Positions 8,134 to 17,599 of a DNA stretch of 30,740 nucleotides are shown here, one piece after another (the stretch's first letter is position 1; every line of letters begins with the position of its first letter). The stretch comes from Gemmatimonadaceae bacterium. GTDB taxonomy: Bacteria > Gemmatimonadota > Gemmatimonadetes > Gemmatimonadales > Gemmatimonadaceae. Made by a program: the position numbers and the translations under genes. The notes under the pieces were generated by a model. That model did no database searches, was not told where the DNA came from, and saw only the letters and a program-made list of their open reading frames with translations. The stretch lies in assembly GCA_046597675.1 (NCBI GenBank), contig JBKJKB010000390.1, positions 1-30,740 of the forward strand, read 5' to 3'.

Positions 8134-8610
8134 ATGATCGAAGAACTCAAAGCCAAACTCGGAGCGGAAGTCGAGCGCCTCCAACGCGAGCTGAGCATCA
8201 CGCTCCCGCAGGAGATCAAGCGCGCCGTCGAACATGGCGATCTTCGCGAGAACAGCGAGTACAAGGCGGCGCTTGAGCGGCAGCAGTTCGTGCAAGCGCG
8301 ACTGGGGCAGCTACGGCAGCGACTGAGCAAGCTCTCGCAGATCGACGTCGCACAGATTCCGACCGACAAGGTCGGGCTCGGGTCCGAGATCACGGTCGAG
8401 GATGAGAAGACGGGCGAGCGGGAGACGTACAGCCTGGTGTTCGGCGACGCGGTCGAGTTCCAGGAGGGTCACGTCACGATGTCGTCGCCGATCGGGCTCG
8501 CGGTTGTCGGAAAGGCACTCGGCGAGGTTGCCGTGCTGAAGTTACCGGCTGGCGTTCGGCGGTTGAAAGTCGTGGACCTCAAGACGATTCACGATTCGAA
8601 GTCAGTCTAG
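8134..8610 (+). CDS. greA: Transcription elongation factor, GreA/GreB family
   Basis: AVEHGDLRENSEYKAA (acidic finger residues present), VGLGS, SSPIGLAVVGK. Confidence 0.9.
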   Translation: MIEELKAKLGAEVERLQRELSITLPQEIKRAVEHGDLRENSEYKAALERQQFVQARLGQLRQRLSKLSQIDVAQIPTDKVGLGSEITVEDEKTGERETYSLVFGDAVEFQEGHVTMSSPIGLAVVGKALGEVAVLKLPAGVRRLKVVDLKTIHDSKSV

Positions 8611-8640
8611 GTCGCGTCCCCCGAACCAGAACGGCACGGC

Positions 8641-10158
8641 CTAGTCGGGCTCGACCGTGAAGAGCCTGGCAATGTCACGCGCGTAACCCGCGATCCGAGC
8701 CTCCTTCATTTCCGCAGTCCAGCCCAGTAGCGGCGCTACCACATCCGCGGCTGGAGCGGCGAGCGAGATGGCGTGGTCGCGCGCGCGAAAGGCGGCAAGG
8801 GTGCGGCGGATCAGGAGGTCGCTGAGCGTCAGGGCGTGTTCGTGGCGGACGGAGAAGACCAGATCGGCCGGGCGCACGTCGGAGTTCTGATCAAGGGGCG
8901 TACCGAGTCGGGGGTCCACGCGGATCATCTCGTCGATCACGCTCTCGCGGTCGGCGCCGGGGAGAGCTTCTACGGCCGTGCGTGAGCGCGTTGTGCGCAT
9001 GCCAAGCGCCACCTGCACGAGATCCACTACTTCCTCGGCGACCGCGCGATAGGTCGTGAGCTTGCCGCCGGTGATGGTGATGGCGCCGTGCGCGTCGCGG
9101 GTGATGAAATGCTCGCGGGACGCGGACGAAGGGTCTCCGGATATCAGCGCGGGAGCGAGGGGACGGAGGCCGGCCCAGGCGCTGATCACGTCCGAGCGGG
9201 CCAGACGCGCGTCCTCGAGGTAAGCGTTCGCGGATTCGATCAGATAGGTGATCTCCGATTCGGACGCGCGGACCTCCTCGGGCAAGGAGCGCGTGAGCAC
9301 TTCCGTCGTTCCGATGATCGTCTGCGAGCCGGACGGGAGGATGAACATCACGCGCCCGTCGAGCGGAGAGAGCAGCGCGATGGCCTCGCGGTTGCCCACC
9401 ACGGAGCGATCGACGGTAATGTGCGAGCCCTTGCTGTGCTCGGCGGTGGAGGTCCAGGGACCGACGGCGCGCACGACGACGCGCGCAGAGATGGCGAAGC
9501 GCTCCCCAGTGATGCAATCAGTGAGCGAGATCCGGTGCGGCGCGCCACCGGCCAGCAGCTCCGCGCTCATGTGGTTCACCACCACCGCGCTCCAGTAGCC
9601 GGCGCTCAGCGCGTTGGCCAGAGTCAGCCGTGAATCGTCCGTGGACGAATCGAAATACGTGCCGCCACCGCCGAGTCCTGCGTGCTTGAGCGCCGGCTCG
9701 CGCGTGAGAATCTCGGCCGCCGACAAGCGCTCGTGCCACTTTCCTGGACGGGACAGCGAGAGCACGTCGTATAACGTCAGCCCCGCTCCGAGCTTCCGGG
9801 TCGTGACGCGCGAGCCGCGGTAGACGGGCCAGGTGAACCGGAGCGGTTTCACGATGTGCGGCGCGATGCGCATGAGCGTTGCGCGCTCCCGCCGGGACTC
9901 CCGCACGAGGCCGATCCGCCCCTGCTCGAGGTAACGCAGCCCGCCGTGGATAAGCCGGGAGGTCCGACTCGAGGTCCCGCTGCCGAAGTCGTCCTTTTCG
10001 ATCAGGGCGACGCTCAACCCCCGCATGGCGGCATCGCGAGCCACGCCGCACCCGTTTATGCCCCCTCCGATGACGACGACGTCGAACGATTCCCGGGACA
10101 GGCGCGCACGGTGCGCGAGAGCCGAGACGTGAACGGACGTCGGAAGCGGCGCCGACAT
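8641..10158 (-). CDS. glpD: FAD-dependent glycerol-3-phosphate dehydrogenase/oxidase
   Basis: VIGGGINGCGVARDAA, GTSSRTSRLIHGGLRYLE, DDSRL, SKGSHI, WAGLRPL, GGKLTTYR. Confidence 0.92.
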   Translation of the reverse strand: MSAPLPTSVHVSALAHRARLSRESFDVVVIGGGINGCGVARDAAMRGLSVALIEKDDFGSGTSSRTSRLIHGGLRYLEQGRIGLVRESRRERATLMRIAPHIVKPLRFTWPVYRGSRVTTRKLGAGLTLYDVLSLSRPGKWHERLSAAEILTREPALKHAGLGGGGTYFDSSTDDSRLTLANALSAGYWSAVVVNHMSAELLAGGAPHRISLTDCITGERFAISARVVVRAVGPWTSTAEHSKGSHITVDRSVVGNREAIALLSPLDGRVMFILPSGSQTIIGTTEVLTRSLPEEVRASESEITYLIESANAYLEDARLARSDVISAWAGLRPLAPALISGDPSSASREHFITRDAHGAITITGGKLTTYRAVAEEVVDLVQVALGMRTTRSRTAVEALPGADRESVIDEMIRVDPRLGTPLDQNSDVRPADLVFSVRHEHALTLSDLLIRRTLAAFRARDHAISLAAPAADVVAPLLGWTAEMKEARIAGYARDIARLFTVEPD

Positions 10159-10164
10159 CCTAGA

Positions 10165-10170
10165 AACATA
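10165..10170 (-). promoter_or_regulatory. Putative -10 box of a leaderless promoter for glpD
   Basis: TATGTT-tctagg-ATG (6-nt spacer). A GGAGG further upstream is an alternative Shine-Dalgarno but lies far from the ATG. Confidence 0.55.
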
Positions 10171-10183
10171 TACCTCCCCCGTC

Positions 10184-10189
10184 TAACTT
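10184..10189 (+). promoter_or_regulatory. Putative -10 box of a leaderless promoter for fadIJ
   Basis: TAACTT-ccttta-ATG. TAGAAA lies 17 nt upstream as a possible -35; no Shine-Dalgarno. Confidence 0.62.
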
Positions 10190-10195
10190 CCTTTA

Positions 10196-11497
10196 ATGGC
10201 GACCTATGGCAGCGGTACGGGCAGGCGCGTAGCGATAGTAGCGGGTGTGAGGACACCGTTCACCAAGGCAGGCACGTCCCTCAAGTCCTTCAACGCGATC
10301 GAGCTCGGAAAGCTCTGCGTCGCCGAGTTGCTGCAGCGGACGGAGCTCGACGCTCGCGAGGTTCAGGCGATCGTGTTCGGAACCGTGATCCCCTCGGTCG
10401 TCGCGCCGAACATCGCGCGTGAGATCGCGCTGATGCCGATGCTGCCGAAGGGAGTCCAGGCATTCAGCGTGAGCCGGGCATGCGCGTCCGCGAACCAGGC
10501 CATCACCGACGCGGCCGACCAGATAGTGCTCGGTCACATCGACGTCGCAATCGCGGGCGGCGCCGAGACGCTGTCGAACGTGCCCATGCTGCACCAGCAG
10601 GGTTTCACTGACGCGATGGTCAAGGCCTCGAAGTCGAAGACGATCGGAGGACGCGCGAGCGCCGTCGCGAAGATTCGCCCGCGAGATCTCGTCCCGATCG
10701 CGCCGGCCATCGCCGAGCCGTCGACAGGCGAGACTATGGGCCAGTCAGCCGAGAAGATGGCGAAGCTCAACGGGATCACCCGCGAGGATCAGGACCAGTT
10801 CGCGCTGCGGTCGCACAGGATGGCGGCCGCCGGGACGGCGGATGGGCGGCTAACCGCGGAGATCATGCCCGTGTACGTGCCGCCGAAGTTCGAGACCTTC
10901 GCGACCTCCGATAACGGAATCCGCAGCGACACGAGCCTGGAGCAGCTCGCCGTGCTCAAGCCGGTGTTCGATCGCAAGTACGGGACGGTGACTGCCGGCA
11001 ACGCGTCACCGCTGACCGATGGCGGCGCGTGCGTGCTGCTGATGAGCGAGGAGAAAGCCCGTGCGCTCGGATACCCGGCGCTCGGCTTCATCAGGTCGTA
11101 TGCGTACGCCGCGCTGGATCCGGGCGAGCAGCTGCTGCAGGGGCCTGTGCTGGCTGCGCCTGTAGCGCTCAAGCGCGCGGGCCTCACGCTGCGCGACATG
11201 GATCTCGTGGAAATGCACGAGGCGTTCGCAGCGCAGGTGCTCTCGAATCTGCGTGGACTGGAATCGCGGGAGTGGGCGAAGCGCGCCGGATTCTCGGAGC
11301 CAGTCGGCGAAGTCGATCGCGCCAAGCTCAACGTGATGGGCGGATCGGTCGCGATCGGTCATCCGTTCGGCGCGACGGGCTCGCGTATAACCGTGACGCT
11401 GCTCAACGAGCTGGGCCGGCGCGGCGGGCAGTTCGGGCTCATGACCGTGTGCGCCGCCGGCGGGATGGGATTCGCGATGGTCGTGGAGCGCGCATGA
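10196..11497 (+). CDS. fadI: 3-ketoacyl-CoA thiolase (acetyl-CoA C-acyltransferase), FadI type
   Basis: VRTPF, SRACAS (catalytic Cys), GNASPLTDG, EMHEAFAAQ, GHPFGATG, CAAGG. Confidence 0.93.
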   Translation: MATYGSGTGRRVAIVAGVRTPFTKAGTSLKSFNAIELGKLCVAELLQRTELDAREVQAIVFGTVIPSVVAPNIAREIALMPMLPKGVQAFSVSRACASANQAITDAADQIVLGHIDVAIAGGAETLSNVPMLHQQGFTDAMVKASKSKTIGGRASAVAKIRPRDLVPIAPAIAEPSTGETMGQSAEKMAKLNGITREDQDQFALRSHRMAAAGTADGRLTAEIMPVYVPPKFETFATSDNGIRSDTSLEQLAVLKPVFDRKYGTVTAGNASPLTDGGACVLLMSEEKARALGYPALGFIRSYAYAALDPGEQLLQGPVLAAPVALKRAGLTLRDMDLVEMHEAFAAQVLSNLRGLESREWAKRAGFSEPVGEVDRAKLNVMGGSVAIGHPFGATGSRITVTLLNELGRRGGQFGLMTVCAAGGMGFAMVVERA

Positions 11498-13650
11498 TGG
11501 ACACTATGCGGACAATCGAGAACAGGGAAAGTCGCGGCCCGTACGCGCTGAGCATTGAGGTCCAGGACGGCATCGCCGTGATCACGTTTGACTTGCCGGG
11601 CGAATCGATCAACAAGATCGGGCGCGGGGTGAAGGATGAGTTCCTCGCGCTCGCGGATCGTCTCGAGCGCGACAAGGACATCAGGGGCGCGGTACTGATC
11701 AGCGGCAAGGCGGACGTGTTCATCGCCGGTGCGGACATCGAAGAGTTTCTGCTGCTGGAGACCGCCGCGCAGGCCGAGCGCCTGAGCCGGGACGGGCAGA
11801 TGCTCATCGATACCGTGGCGAAGATTCGCATACCGCTCGTCGCGGCGATCCACGGTGCATGTCTCGGCGGAGGGTTGGAGCTGGCGCTCGCCTGCACGTA
11901 CCGGATCGCGACGGAGCACCCGAAGACCGTGCTCGCGCTCCCCGAGGTTCAGCTCGGGATCATACCCGGCGCCGGTGGAACGCAGCGACTGCCGAGCAAG
12001 ATCGGGCTGCGCGCCGCGCTCGACATGATTCTCACGGGCAAGAACATCCGCGCCAAGAAGGCATACCAGATGGGATTGGTCGAAGAGCTCGTGCATCCGG
12101 CGATCCTCCGCCAGATCGCGGTGCAGCGCGCGAAGGAGCTTGGGAACGGCAAGCATCCGCAAATCCGCAAGGAGCGCAGTTTCGTGGACACGCTGCTGGA
12201 CGGAAATCCGCTCGGCAGGAGCGTGGTGCTGCGGAAGGCGCGCGAAGAGACTCTCAAGAAGACGAAGGGGCATTATCCCGCGCCACTGGCGGCACTCGAC
12301 GCCATCGCCGCGGGACTGAACGGAAGACGTGCGCACGGCTACCGGGAAGAGTCGCGTTTGTTCGGCGAGATGGCCGCGACCGACGTATCGCGGCAGCTCA
12401 TATATCTCTTCTTCGCCACGACCGCGCTGAAAAAGGACAGTGGAGTGGACGTTCCCGTCGAGCCCCACCAGGTGAACAAGATCGGAATCCTGGGTGCCGG
12501 CTTCATGGGGTCGGGGATCGCGTCGGTCGCGGTGCAGCAGGGGACCGTCGTGCGAATGAAGGACGCCGATCACGCGCGGGTAGGCAAAGGCTTCGCGGCA
12601 GTGCGCTCGGTGCTCAAGGAGCGACTCACGAAGCGGCAGATCACGCGCACGCAGCTCGACGACACGATGTCGCTGCTGGGCGGCGCCGTGGATTACGACG
12701 GCTTCGGCAACGCCGATCTGGTGATCGAGGCGGTGTTCGAGGATCTGGCGACGAAGCACCAGGTTTTGCGCGAAGTGGAGCCGGTCATGAAGGCGGACGC
12801 CATCTTCGCGACGAACACGAGCACGATCCCGGTAACGCGGATCGCGGAGGCGGCAGCGAGACCGGAGCGGGTTCTCGGGATGCACTTCTTCTCACCCGTT
12901 CACAAGATGCCGCTCATCGAGGTGATCATCACCCCGGGGACGAGTCCGGAGTCGGTGGCTACGGCGGTGGCGTACGGGAAGCGCCTGGGCAAGACTGTCA
13001 TCGTCGTCAACGACGGGCCGGGCTTTTACGTCAATCGCATTCTCTTCCCGTACATCAATGAGGCGGGGAGATTGCTGGAGCAGGGCGCGTCGGTTGATGC
13101 CATCGACGACGCCATGGTCGCATTCGGATTCCCCGTGGGGCCGATGACGCTGCTGGATGAAGTTGGCATGGACGTCGGTGCCAAGGCGGCGGGCGTGATG
13201 CACCAGGCGTTCGGTGAGCGGTTCGCTCCGGCTGGTGCGATAGACAAGCTCGTCGCCGCGGGGCGATATGGACGAAAAGCCAAGAAGGGTTTTTATCTGT
13301 ACGACGAGAGCGGGAAGAAGGGCGCCGTGGATCCCGAGGTTTATGCTGTGGCGGGCGCCGGAGCCGAGCGCACCGAGATCCCGGCGATGGAAATCCAGCA
13401 GCGGTGCGTCTTCGCGATGCTCAACGAAGCGGTGCGCTGCCTCGAGGACGGAATCATCCGCTCCGAGCGCGACGGCGACGTGGGCGCGGTGTTTGGTATC
13501 GGGTTTCCGCCGTTTCGCGGCGGACCGTTCCGCTACATCGACTCGATCGGACCCGCGGCCCTCGTCAGCCAGCTCGAGGATCTGAACTCGCGGTTCCCGG
13601 GAAGGTTCGAGCCGGCGGAACAGCTGCTGCAAAGGGCGAGAAATCGGTGA
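11494..13650 (+). CDS. fadJ: Fatty acid oxidation complex alpha subunit (enoyl-CoA hydratase / 3-hydroxyacyl-CoA dehydrogenase), FadJ type
   Basis: FIAGADI, GACLGGGLELALAC, LPEVQLGIIPGAGGTQRL, GAGFMGSGIA, IEAVFEDL, GMHFFSPV, GFYVNR. Start ATG at 11494 overlaps the fadI stop (718 aa). Confidence 0.93.
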   Translation: MMDTMRTIENRESRGPYALSIEVQDGIAVITFDLPGESINKIGRGVKDEFLALADRLERDKDIRGAVLISGKADVFIAGADIEEFLLLETAAQAERLSRDGQMLIDTVAKIRIPLVAAIHGACLGGGLELALACTYRIATEHPKTVLALPEVQLGIIPGAGGTQRLPSKIGLRAALDMILTGKNIRAKKAYQMGLVEELVHPAILRQIAVQRAKELGNGKHPQIRKERSFVDTLLDGNPLGRSVVLRKAREETLKKTKGHYPAPLAALDAIAAGLNGRRAHGYREESRLFGEMAATDVSRQLIYLFFATTALKKDSGVDVPVEPHQVNKIGILGAGFMGSGIASVAVQQGTVVRMKDADHARVGKGFAAVRSVLKERLTKRQITRTQLDDTMSLLGGAVDYDGFGNADLVIEAVFEDLATKHQVLREVEPVMKADAIFATNTSTIPVTRIAEAAARPERVLGMHFFSPVHKMPLIEVIITPGTSPESVATAVAYGKRLGKTVIVVNDGPGFYVNRILFPYINEAGRLLEQGASVDAIDDAMVAFGFPVGPMTLLDEVGMDVGAKAAGVMHQAFGERFAPAGAIDKLVAAGRYGRKAKKGFYLYDESGKKGAVDPEVYAVAGAGAERTEIPAMEIQQRCVFAMLNEAVRCLEDGIIRSERDGDVGAVFGIGFPPFRGGPFRYIDSIGPAALVSQLEDLNSRFPGRFEPAEQLLQRARNR

Positions 13651-13687
13651 CTAGGGACTAGCGAATAGTGATTAGTGACTAGTCACT
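13647..13687. repeat. Heptamer tandem array (consensus GTGACTA) ending in the 14-bp palindrome AGTGACTAGTCACT
   Basis: gtgacta-gggacta-gcgaata-gtgatta-gtgacta-gtcact read directly. The first unit contains the fadJ TGA. Confidence 0.88.
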
Positions 13688-13750
13688 GCACGACTACCTG
13701 ACGGCACCGCCTTCCACTATTCATACCAACACTCCAACGGCAGGCACCAC

Positions 13751-15925
13751 ATGCGTCGCGTTCTGAATCTTTCGGCTCTCTCCCTGATAGTTCTCGCGTC
13801 AGTCGGGTCAGCGCAGACCACGTCGACGCTGACGGTCGACCGGATCTTCGACTCCGCGGAGTTCCGCGCCGAGCCGTCGCCGACTCTCCACTGGCTCGGC
13901 AACGAGGCCAACTACGTGGACGTGCGCGACGGCAGCTTCTTCACCGTCGACATCGGAACCGGGCGCAGGACCCTGCTGGTGGACGCATCCGCGTTTACGG
14001 ATGAAAGCGGCAAGCGGCTCGACATCGAGGATCTCACGTGGTCCACGGATCGTGCGAGAGCGCTGATCTTCCACGGCTCGGAGCGCGTCTGGCGATCGAA
14101 TACGCGCGGCCGCTATCACGTGTTTGACGTGGCGTCGCGCAAGCTGATCCCGGTCACGGGCGTCGACACGCTGATCATGTTCGCCAAGCTGTCGCCCGAC
14201 GGCAGGCACACGGCCTTCGTCAGGAACAACAACATCTACGTAACCGATCTCTCCACGGGCACAGAGCGCGCGCTCACCCGCGACGGCAGCCCGGAAATCA
14301 TAAACGGCACGACCGATTGGGTTTATGAAGAGGAGTTCGGACTGCGCGATGCGTTCCGCTGGAGTCCGGATGGAAGGCGGATCGCCTTCTGGCGCTTCGA
14401 TCAGTCGGCCGTAAAACCGTTTTCCCTCATCGACGAGACCACGCTGTATCCGTCGTTCACCACGTTCAAGTACCCGAAAGCCGGCGAGCGCAACCCGGAC
14501 GTAAAGCTCGGAGTGATCGACGTCGCGAGCGGCTCGACGCGCTGGATCAACACCGGCGGTGACGCCTCCTCATACGTCCCGCGAATGGAGTGGCTCGGCA
14601 GCGACAGCGTCGTGTTCCAGCGGCTGCCGCGCAAGCAGAACAGGGTCGACCTCGTTGCGGCGAGCGTCACGTCGGACGGAACGCGGCTGATTCTCAGCGA
14701 CTCCGACTCGGCGTACGTCGACGTGCAGGACCCAATCTGGCTCAACAACGACGGCCAGTTCCTCTGGATCAGCGATCGTACGGGCTGGCTCCAGGTTTTC
14801 CTGTATGACCGATCCGGCCGGCTGGTGCGCCAGGTGACGAGCAACGGCAGCGACGTCACGGGGATCGTCGGGCTCGACGCAGGCCGCGGAGAGATCTACG
14901 TGCAGCAGGCCGCGCCGACTCCAACTCAGCGACACATCTTCCGCTACTCGCTGCGCACGGGACGCGGGCGGCAGATCACGTCCGCGCGCGGCTGGCACTC
15001 GATGAACCTCGCGCCCAACAATCGCTACGCGGTGATGACGCACTCCGACATCAACACGCCGTCCGTCGCGACGCTCGTGGAAGTGCCGTCGATGCGCGCG
15101 GTACGCGGGCTGGTCGCGAACGATTCGCTCAAGCAGAGAGTGGCGCGTCTGCAGCTGAGCCGCGTGACTTTCCTCCGCATACCAGCAGCCGACGGCACGA
15201 CGATGCTCGACGCGTACCGGATAGTCCCGCCGCAGTTCGACAGCACCAGGAAGCATCCCGTTCTCATGTACGTGTACGGCGGCCCGGCATCACCGACGGT
15301 CGGCGACGCGTGGGGCGGCTCGAGATTCCTCTGGCACCAGATGCTGGCGCAGAAGGGCTACGTGGTCGTCAGCGTGGACAACCGCGGCGCCGCGATGCGA
15401 GGGCGCAATTTCAGGAAGATGACGCAGTACCGCATCGGAACGCTCGAGTCGGACGATCAGATCGCGGCGGCGCGCTGGATAGGGCGGCAGAGTTGGGGCG
15501 ATGCGAGCCGGATCGGGATCTGGGGATGGAGCGGCGGAGGCACGATGACGCTGCTCTCCACGACCCGCGGTGGCAACGTCTTCAAGACGGGGCTGTCGGT
15601 AGCGCCGGTGACCGACTGGAGCCTGTACGACACGATCTACACCGAGCGGTTCATGTGGACGCCGGAGGGGAATCCCGAGGGTTATCGCGCGACTGCGGCG
15701 CTGAATCACGTGGACGGTCTCACGGCGCGACTGCTGCTCGTGCATGGCACGGGCGATGACAACGTACACTCACAGAACACGACCCAGTTTGCCCAGAAGC
15801 TGCAATTCGCGCGCAAGTCGTTCTACATGATGCTGTACCCCAACAAGACCCACTCCATCTCGGGTGCAGGCGCGACGCTGCACCTGTACGACACGTTTAC
15901 GCGCTTTATTCTCGAGAACCTGTGA
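13751..15925 (+). CDS. S9B family dipeptidyl peptidase IV-like serine peptidase, secreted
   Basis: N-terminal signal peptide; DWVYEEE, YPKAG, GWSGGG nucleophile, VAPVTDW, YDTIYTER, HGTGDDNVH, YPNKTHSI. Confidence 0.95.
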   Translation: MRRVLNLSALSLIVLASVGSAQTTSTLTVDRIFDSAEFRAEPSPTLHWLGNEANYVDVRDGSFFTVDIGTGRRTLLVDASAFTDESGKRLDIEDLTWSTDRARALIFHGSERVWRSNTRGRYHVFDVASRKLIPVTGVDTLIMFAKLSPDGRHTAFVRNNNIYVTDLSTGTERALTRDGSPEIINGTTDWVYEEEFGLRDAFRWSPDGRRIAFWRFDQSAVKPFSLIDETTLYPSFTTFKYPKAGERNPDVKLGVIDVASGSTRWINTGGDASSYVPRMEWLGSDSVVFQRLPRKQNRVDLVAASVTSDGTRLILSDSDSAYVDVQDPIWLNNDGQFLWISDRTGWLQVFLYDRSGRLVRQVTSNGSDVTGIVGLDAGRGEIYVQQAAPTPTQRHIFRYSLRTGRGRQITSARGWHSMNLAPNNRYAVMTHSDINTPSVATLVEVPSMRAVRGLVANDSLKQRVARLQLSRVTFLRIPAADGTTMLDAYRIVPPQFDSTRKHPVLMYVYGGPASPTVGDAWGGSRFLWHQMLAQKGYVVVSVDNRGAAMRGRNFRKMTQYRIGTLESDDQIAAARWIGRQSWGDASRIGIWGWSGGGTMTLLSTTRGGNVFKTGLSVAPVTDWSLYDTIYTERFMWTPEGNPEGYRATAALNHVDGLTARLLLVHGTGDDNVHSQNTTQFAQKLQFARKSFYMMLYPNKTHSISGAGATLHLYDTFTRFILENL

Positions 15926-17583
15926 TCCTGGTGCGAGTAGCAAGGCTGGTCGCGGCCGCGGCCGCGCTGGCTGGCTGCGCACCGCGGACTGTCGCCAACG
16001 CCGAGCCCTTTCCGGCCGCGATCGACCGCGCGCTGCTGCCGCAGACGCGCGCGGAGCGAAGCGACTACACCGAGACGTCGCAGTACGCCGACGTCGTCGC
16101 GTTCCTGGACTCGCTTCAGAAACTGGACGCTCCGATAGTCGTCGGCAGCATCGGCAAGACGACGGAGGGGCGCGACATACCGTATGTCATCGCGTCGAGA
16201 CCGCTGGTCCGGACGCCGGAAGAAGCGCGACGACTCCGCAGGCCGATTGCGTACATCCAGGGCAACATCCACGCGGGGGAAGTCGAGGGGAAAGAATCTC
16301 TGCAGGCTCTGCTGCGCGACCTGGTGTTCGAACAGCGCCGCAACGTACTCGACTCGGTCGTGTTCATCGCGATTCCCATTTACAACGCCGACGGAAACGA
16401 GGCGGTCGGACCGCAGGAGAGAAATCGCCCGTCGCAGAACGGCCCGCGGCTGGTCGGCGGACGCGCCAGCGCGCAGGAGCTGAACCTCAATCGTGATTAC
16501 GTGAAGGCCGAGGCGCCGGAGACGCGCGCGTCGCTGGCGATGTTCCGTGAGTGGAATCCCGACGTCTTCGTCGATCTGCATACGACCAACGGCAGCTACC
16601 ATGGTTACGCTCTGACGTACTCGCCGCCGCTGACGCCGGCCGCGCCGCTGGCGGGCTACACCCAGCATGTCTGGCTTCCACTGCTGCGTGAGCGCATGCG
16701 AGGCCACCGCGGATTCGAGACGTTCGACTATGGAAACTTTCTCACTGACGAGCGCGCTCTCGCCGCGCCGACCTCGGCGGCGGAGGGGTGGGCGACGTTC
16801 GACTGGCGGCCCCGGTACTCCACGAACTACTACGGCATGCGGAACGGCATCGGTATCCTGAGCGAGGCGTACTCACACGATCCGTTCGCCCGCAGGGTGG
16901 CCGCGACCGACGCGTTCGTCCGCGAGATCCTGTCGCTCACCGCCGAGCGTGGCGCTGAGATATTGCGTCTGCGCGCGACCACTGCGGCGCAGGGCGCGGG
17001 ACAGGTCGTGCCCATTCGCTCCCGGCTCACGCAGTCGCCGCTCGTCACCGACGTGATAGTCGAGGACGTAGTGAGCACCGGCGACTCGGCGCGAACCGAG
17101 GCCGGTGTGCCGCGGGGAAGGAGACGGACCGGCAACTTCAGCGCGGTACGGATGCCGGTGTTCGACCGGTTCGATCCCACGCTCAGCATCAACGTCCGCC
17201 GGGGTTATGTGATAATGGCCGGCTACACAGCAGTAATGGAGCTGCTCGCGACTCACGGTATCGCCGTCGAGCGAATTAGCGATTCACGGGAGTTGTCACT
17301 CGAGGTCTTTACGATCGATTCCGTGATAAGGGCACCGCGGGCGTTCGAGGGACACAATGAGGAGCGCGTTACGGGACGCTGGTCGACTGTGACCGAGACC
17401 ATCCCCGCCGGAGCGTACTTCATCCCCACAGCCCAGCCACTCGGCCGCCTCGTGGCCTACCTGTTGGAGCCGGAGAGCGACGACGGCCTTGTCACTTGGA
17501 ACTATTTCCCCGGGCTCGCGCGGGGCGTGAACTTCCCGATCGCGCGAGTCGCGTCCGGACCGGGCTCTCCCGCCACACAATGA
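15922..17583 (+). CDS. M14 family zinc carboxypeptidase-like protein, probable lipoprotein
   Basis: Lipobox LAGC; GNIHAGEVEGKE (HxxE), NLNRD, DLHTTNGS. GTGA overlap with the S9 gene. Confidence 0.9.
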   Translation: MILVRVARLVAAAAALAGCAPRTVANAEPFPAAIDRALLPQTRAERSDYTETSQYADVVAFLDSLQKLDAPIVVGSIGKTTEGRDIPYVIASRPLVRTPEEARRLRRPIAYIQGNIHAGEVEGKESLQALLRDLVFEQRRNVLDSVVFIAIPIYNADGNEAVGPQERNRPSQNGPRLVGGRASAQELNLNRDYVKAEAPETRASLAMFREWNPDVFVDLHTTNGSYHGYALTYSPPLTPAAPLAGYTQHVWLPLLRERMRGHRGFETFDYGNFLTDERALAAPTSAAEGWATFDWRPRYSTNYYGMRNGIGILSEAYSHDPFARRVAATDAFVREILSLTAERGAEILRLRATTAAQGAGQVVPIRSRLTQSPLVTDVIVEDVVSTGDSARTEAGVPRGRRRTGNFSAVRMPVFDRFDPTLSINVRRGYVIMAGYTAVMELLATHGIAVERISDSRELSLEVFTIDSVIRAPRAFEGHNEERVTGRWSTVTETIPAGAYFIPTAQPLGRLVAYLLEPESDDGLVTWNYFPGLARGVNFPIARVASGPGSPATQ

Positions 17584-17587
17584 CGCT

Positions 17588-17593
17588 TACAAT
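17588..17593 (+). promoter_or_regulatory. Putative -10 box of a leaderless promoter for proline dehydrogenase
   Basis: TACAAT-agtctg-ATG; no Shine-Dalgarno. Confidence 0.65.
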
Positions 17594-17599
17594 AGTCTG

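Noticed and set aside
11359-12885. Long antisense or alternate-frame ORFs here and at 15823..16707, 26735..28360 and 29551..30552
   Set aside because: Typical of high-GC DNA opposite well-supported genes; Arg/Ala/Gly-rich with no motifs.
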